Positions 62,559-64,000 of a DNA stretch of 64,000 nt are shown one piece after another (the first letter of the stretch is position 1; each line of letters opens with the position of its first letter). The DNA comes from Gammaproteobacteria bacterium (GTDB taxonomy: Bacteria > Pseudomonadota > Gammaproteobacteria > UBA4575). The DNA lies in assembly GCA_965205275.1 (NCBI GenBank), contig OZ242168.1:1143276-1207275 (forward strand). The letters are read 5' to 3'. The position numbers and the translations under genes are program-made. The notes beneath the pieces are model-generated. The model made no database searches. It saw only the letters and a program-made list of their open reading frames with translations, and was not told the DNA's origin.

Positions 62559-64000
62559 TTATTCTTTAGAGCTATCTTTATTTTCTTCGATGGATTCTTT
62601 AAGAATATCACCCAGATTCGTTGCAGCAGATTCATTGCTGCTGTAGTCCTGAACAGCTGCCGCTTCCTCCTGGGATTCTTTGGCCTTGATTGAAAGCGTA
62701 ATCATTCTGGACTTTTTGTCCACACCCATAAATTTCGCTTCTATCTGCGTGCCTTCCTTGAGCACAGTGCGTATATCCTCGACTCGGTCACGGGCGATTT
62801 CGGATGCCTTGAGAGTACCCTCAACCCCATCAGCAAGTATAACTGTTGCAGCCTTGGCATCCATCTCACTAACGGTTCCTATCACAATACTGCCCTTGGG
62901 GTTTTCTGCAATCCAGGCCGACAACGGATTTTGTACCAGTTGCTTGACGCCTAATGAAATTCTTTCACGCTCTGCATCTACCGACAGCACCATGGCCCGC
63001 AATTCATCGCCTTTCTTGTAAGCTCGCACAGCTTCTTCACCTGGCAGGTTCCAGGCCAGATCAGATAAATGCACCAGCCCGTCAATCCCACCCTCCAGGC
63101 CGACAAATATACCAAAGTCAGTAATCGATTTGATAATTCCTGTGGCTTCACTGCCTCGGCCATGACTGCTGGCAAAATCAGCCCATGGATTGGGTTGACA
63201 CTGCTTCATGCCCAAAGAGATTCTGCGACGTTCTTCATCTATATCAAGAATCATTACTTCGACTTCATCACCCAGCGAAGCGATCTTCGCCGGACTTACG
63301 TTCTTGTTGGTCCAGTCCATTTCAGAAACATGCACCAAGCCCTCGATGCCCTCTTCAACTTCCACAAAACAACCATAATCAGCAATATTGGTAACCTTGC
63401 CGAAGACGCGTGTACCCTCGGGATAACGACGGTCAATACCGCCCCAAGGGTCATCATTCAGTTGTTTCAGACCAAGTGATACACGTGTTTTTTCTTTGTC
63501 AAACTTTAATACACGTACGTTAATCTCATCACCAATCGATACAATTTCGGATGGATGTTTGACGCGCTTCCAGGCCATGTCAGTAATGTGCAGCAAGCCA
63601 TCAATACCGCCCAGGTCCAGAAATGCCCCGTAATCAGTCAGATTTTTCACGATGCCTTTAACCACGGCACCTTCTTTCAAGGTATTGATTAATTCTTCAC
63701 GTTCAGCGCTGTATTCCGATTCGACTACGGCGCGACGCGAAACCACAATATTATTGCGTTTGGTATCGATTTTTACGAGCTTGAATTCCAACTCCCTGCC
63801 TTCCAGATAGGTGGTATCCCGAACCGGGCGAATATCGACCAGAGAGCTGGGCAAAAATGCCCGAAGGTCGCGTAATTCAACTGTAAACCCACCTTTAACC
63901 TTGCCCGTGATAATCCCGGTAACCGACTCACCTGCCTCATGAATCCGTTCCAATTCCGTCCACGCGCGGGCACGCCTGGCTTTTTCACGTGAAAGTTTAG
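62559..64000 (-). CDS. rpsA: 30S ribosomal protein S1 (C-terminal about 480 aa; N-terminus lies beyond the window end)
   Basis: Aligns with E. coli S1 from about residue 70 to the end ([19 protein letters not shown]..., repeated S1 domains). The frame remains open to position 64000 (…[16 protein letters not shown]…). Confidence 0.92.
   Translation of the reverse strand, partial: KLSREKARRARAWTELERIHEAGESVTGIITGKVKGGFTVELRDLRAFLPSSLVDIRPVRDTTYLEGRELEFKLVKIDTKRNNIVVSRRAVVESEYSAEREELINTLKEGAVVKGIVKNLTDYGAFLDLGGIDGLLHITDMAWKRVKHPSEIVSIGDEINVRVLKFDKEKTRVSLGLKQLNDDPWGGIDRRYPEGTRVFGKVTNIADYGCFVEVEEGIEGLVHVSEMDWTNKNVSPAKIASLGDEVEVMILDIDEERRRISLGMKQCQPNPWADFASSHGRGSEATGIIKSITDFGIFVGLEGGIDGLVHLSDLAWNLPGEEAVRAYKKGDELRAMVLSVDAERERISLGVKQLVQNPLSAWIAENPKGSIVIGTVSEMDAKAATVILADGVEGTLKASEIARDRVEDIRTVLKEGTQIEAKFMGVDKKSRMITLSIKAKESQEEAAAVQDYSSNESAATNLGDILKESIEENKDSSKE

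Overview
This 64-kb window is a gammaproteobacterial-type chromosomal segment, dense with housekeeping genes in classic conserved synteny.

The first 47 kb carry, in order:
- The minus-strand run pyrG(partial)-tilS-accA-dnaE-rnhB.
- A lipid A cluster: lpxB on the plus strand, convergent with lpxA-fabZ-lpxD-skp-bamA-rseP-dxr-cdsA-uppS-frr-tsf-rpsB on the minus strand. A Gfo/Idh/MocA oxidoreductase plus DegT-family aminotransferase pair (GnnA/GnnB-like) sits directly upstream of lpxB. pyrH is unexpectedly absent between tsf and frr.
- map-glnD-dapC-dapD-dapE on the plus strand.
- A minus-strand block: an exonuclease, cysM, acpS-pdxJ-recO-era-rnc-lepB, then a transposase remnant and tRNA-Pro.
- The MerR-ihfA-pheT-pheS-rplT-rpmI-infC-thrS operon, with infC starting on AUU.
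- tRNA-Val, uvrB, an AspC-like aminotransferase and tRNA-Asn.

Downstream of tRNA-Asn (about 48.1-59.5 kb) the character changes to a mosaic accessory region with sharply varying GC content. It contains:
- A 307-aa hypothetical.
- A tightly coupled 53-aa plus 172-aa (Cys-rich, HEAT-like) gene pair.
- A GC-rich IS481-family element with a 5-bp target duplication that splits an AT-rich ORF of about 295 aa.
- A Dam-like methyltransferase gene fragment truncated by an IS3-family element (orfA/orfB).
- Two roughly 115-bp direct repeats about 3.6 kb apart that bracket the 53/172-aa gene pair, the IS481 element and the split AT-rich ORF.
- An LTXXQ periplasmic protein, small membrane ORFs, a universal stress protein and a YeiH-like membrane protein with a small co-transcribed ORF.
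- A multiply disrupted galU pseudogene.

The window ends with lapB-lapA-ihfB-rpsA(partial). Other notable points are a (AETAAE)x13 C-terminal extension on ribosomal protein S2, encoded by a perfect 18-bp tandem repeat, and a 58-bp duplication of the rseP 3' end in the rseP-bamA spacer.
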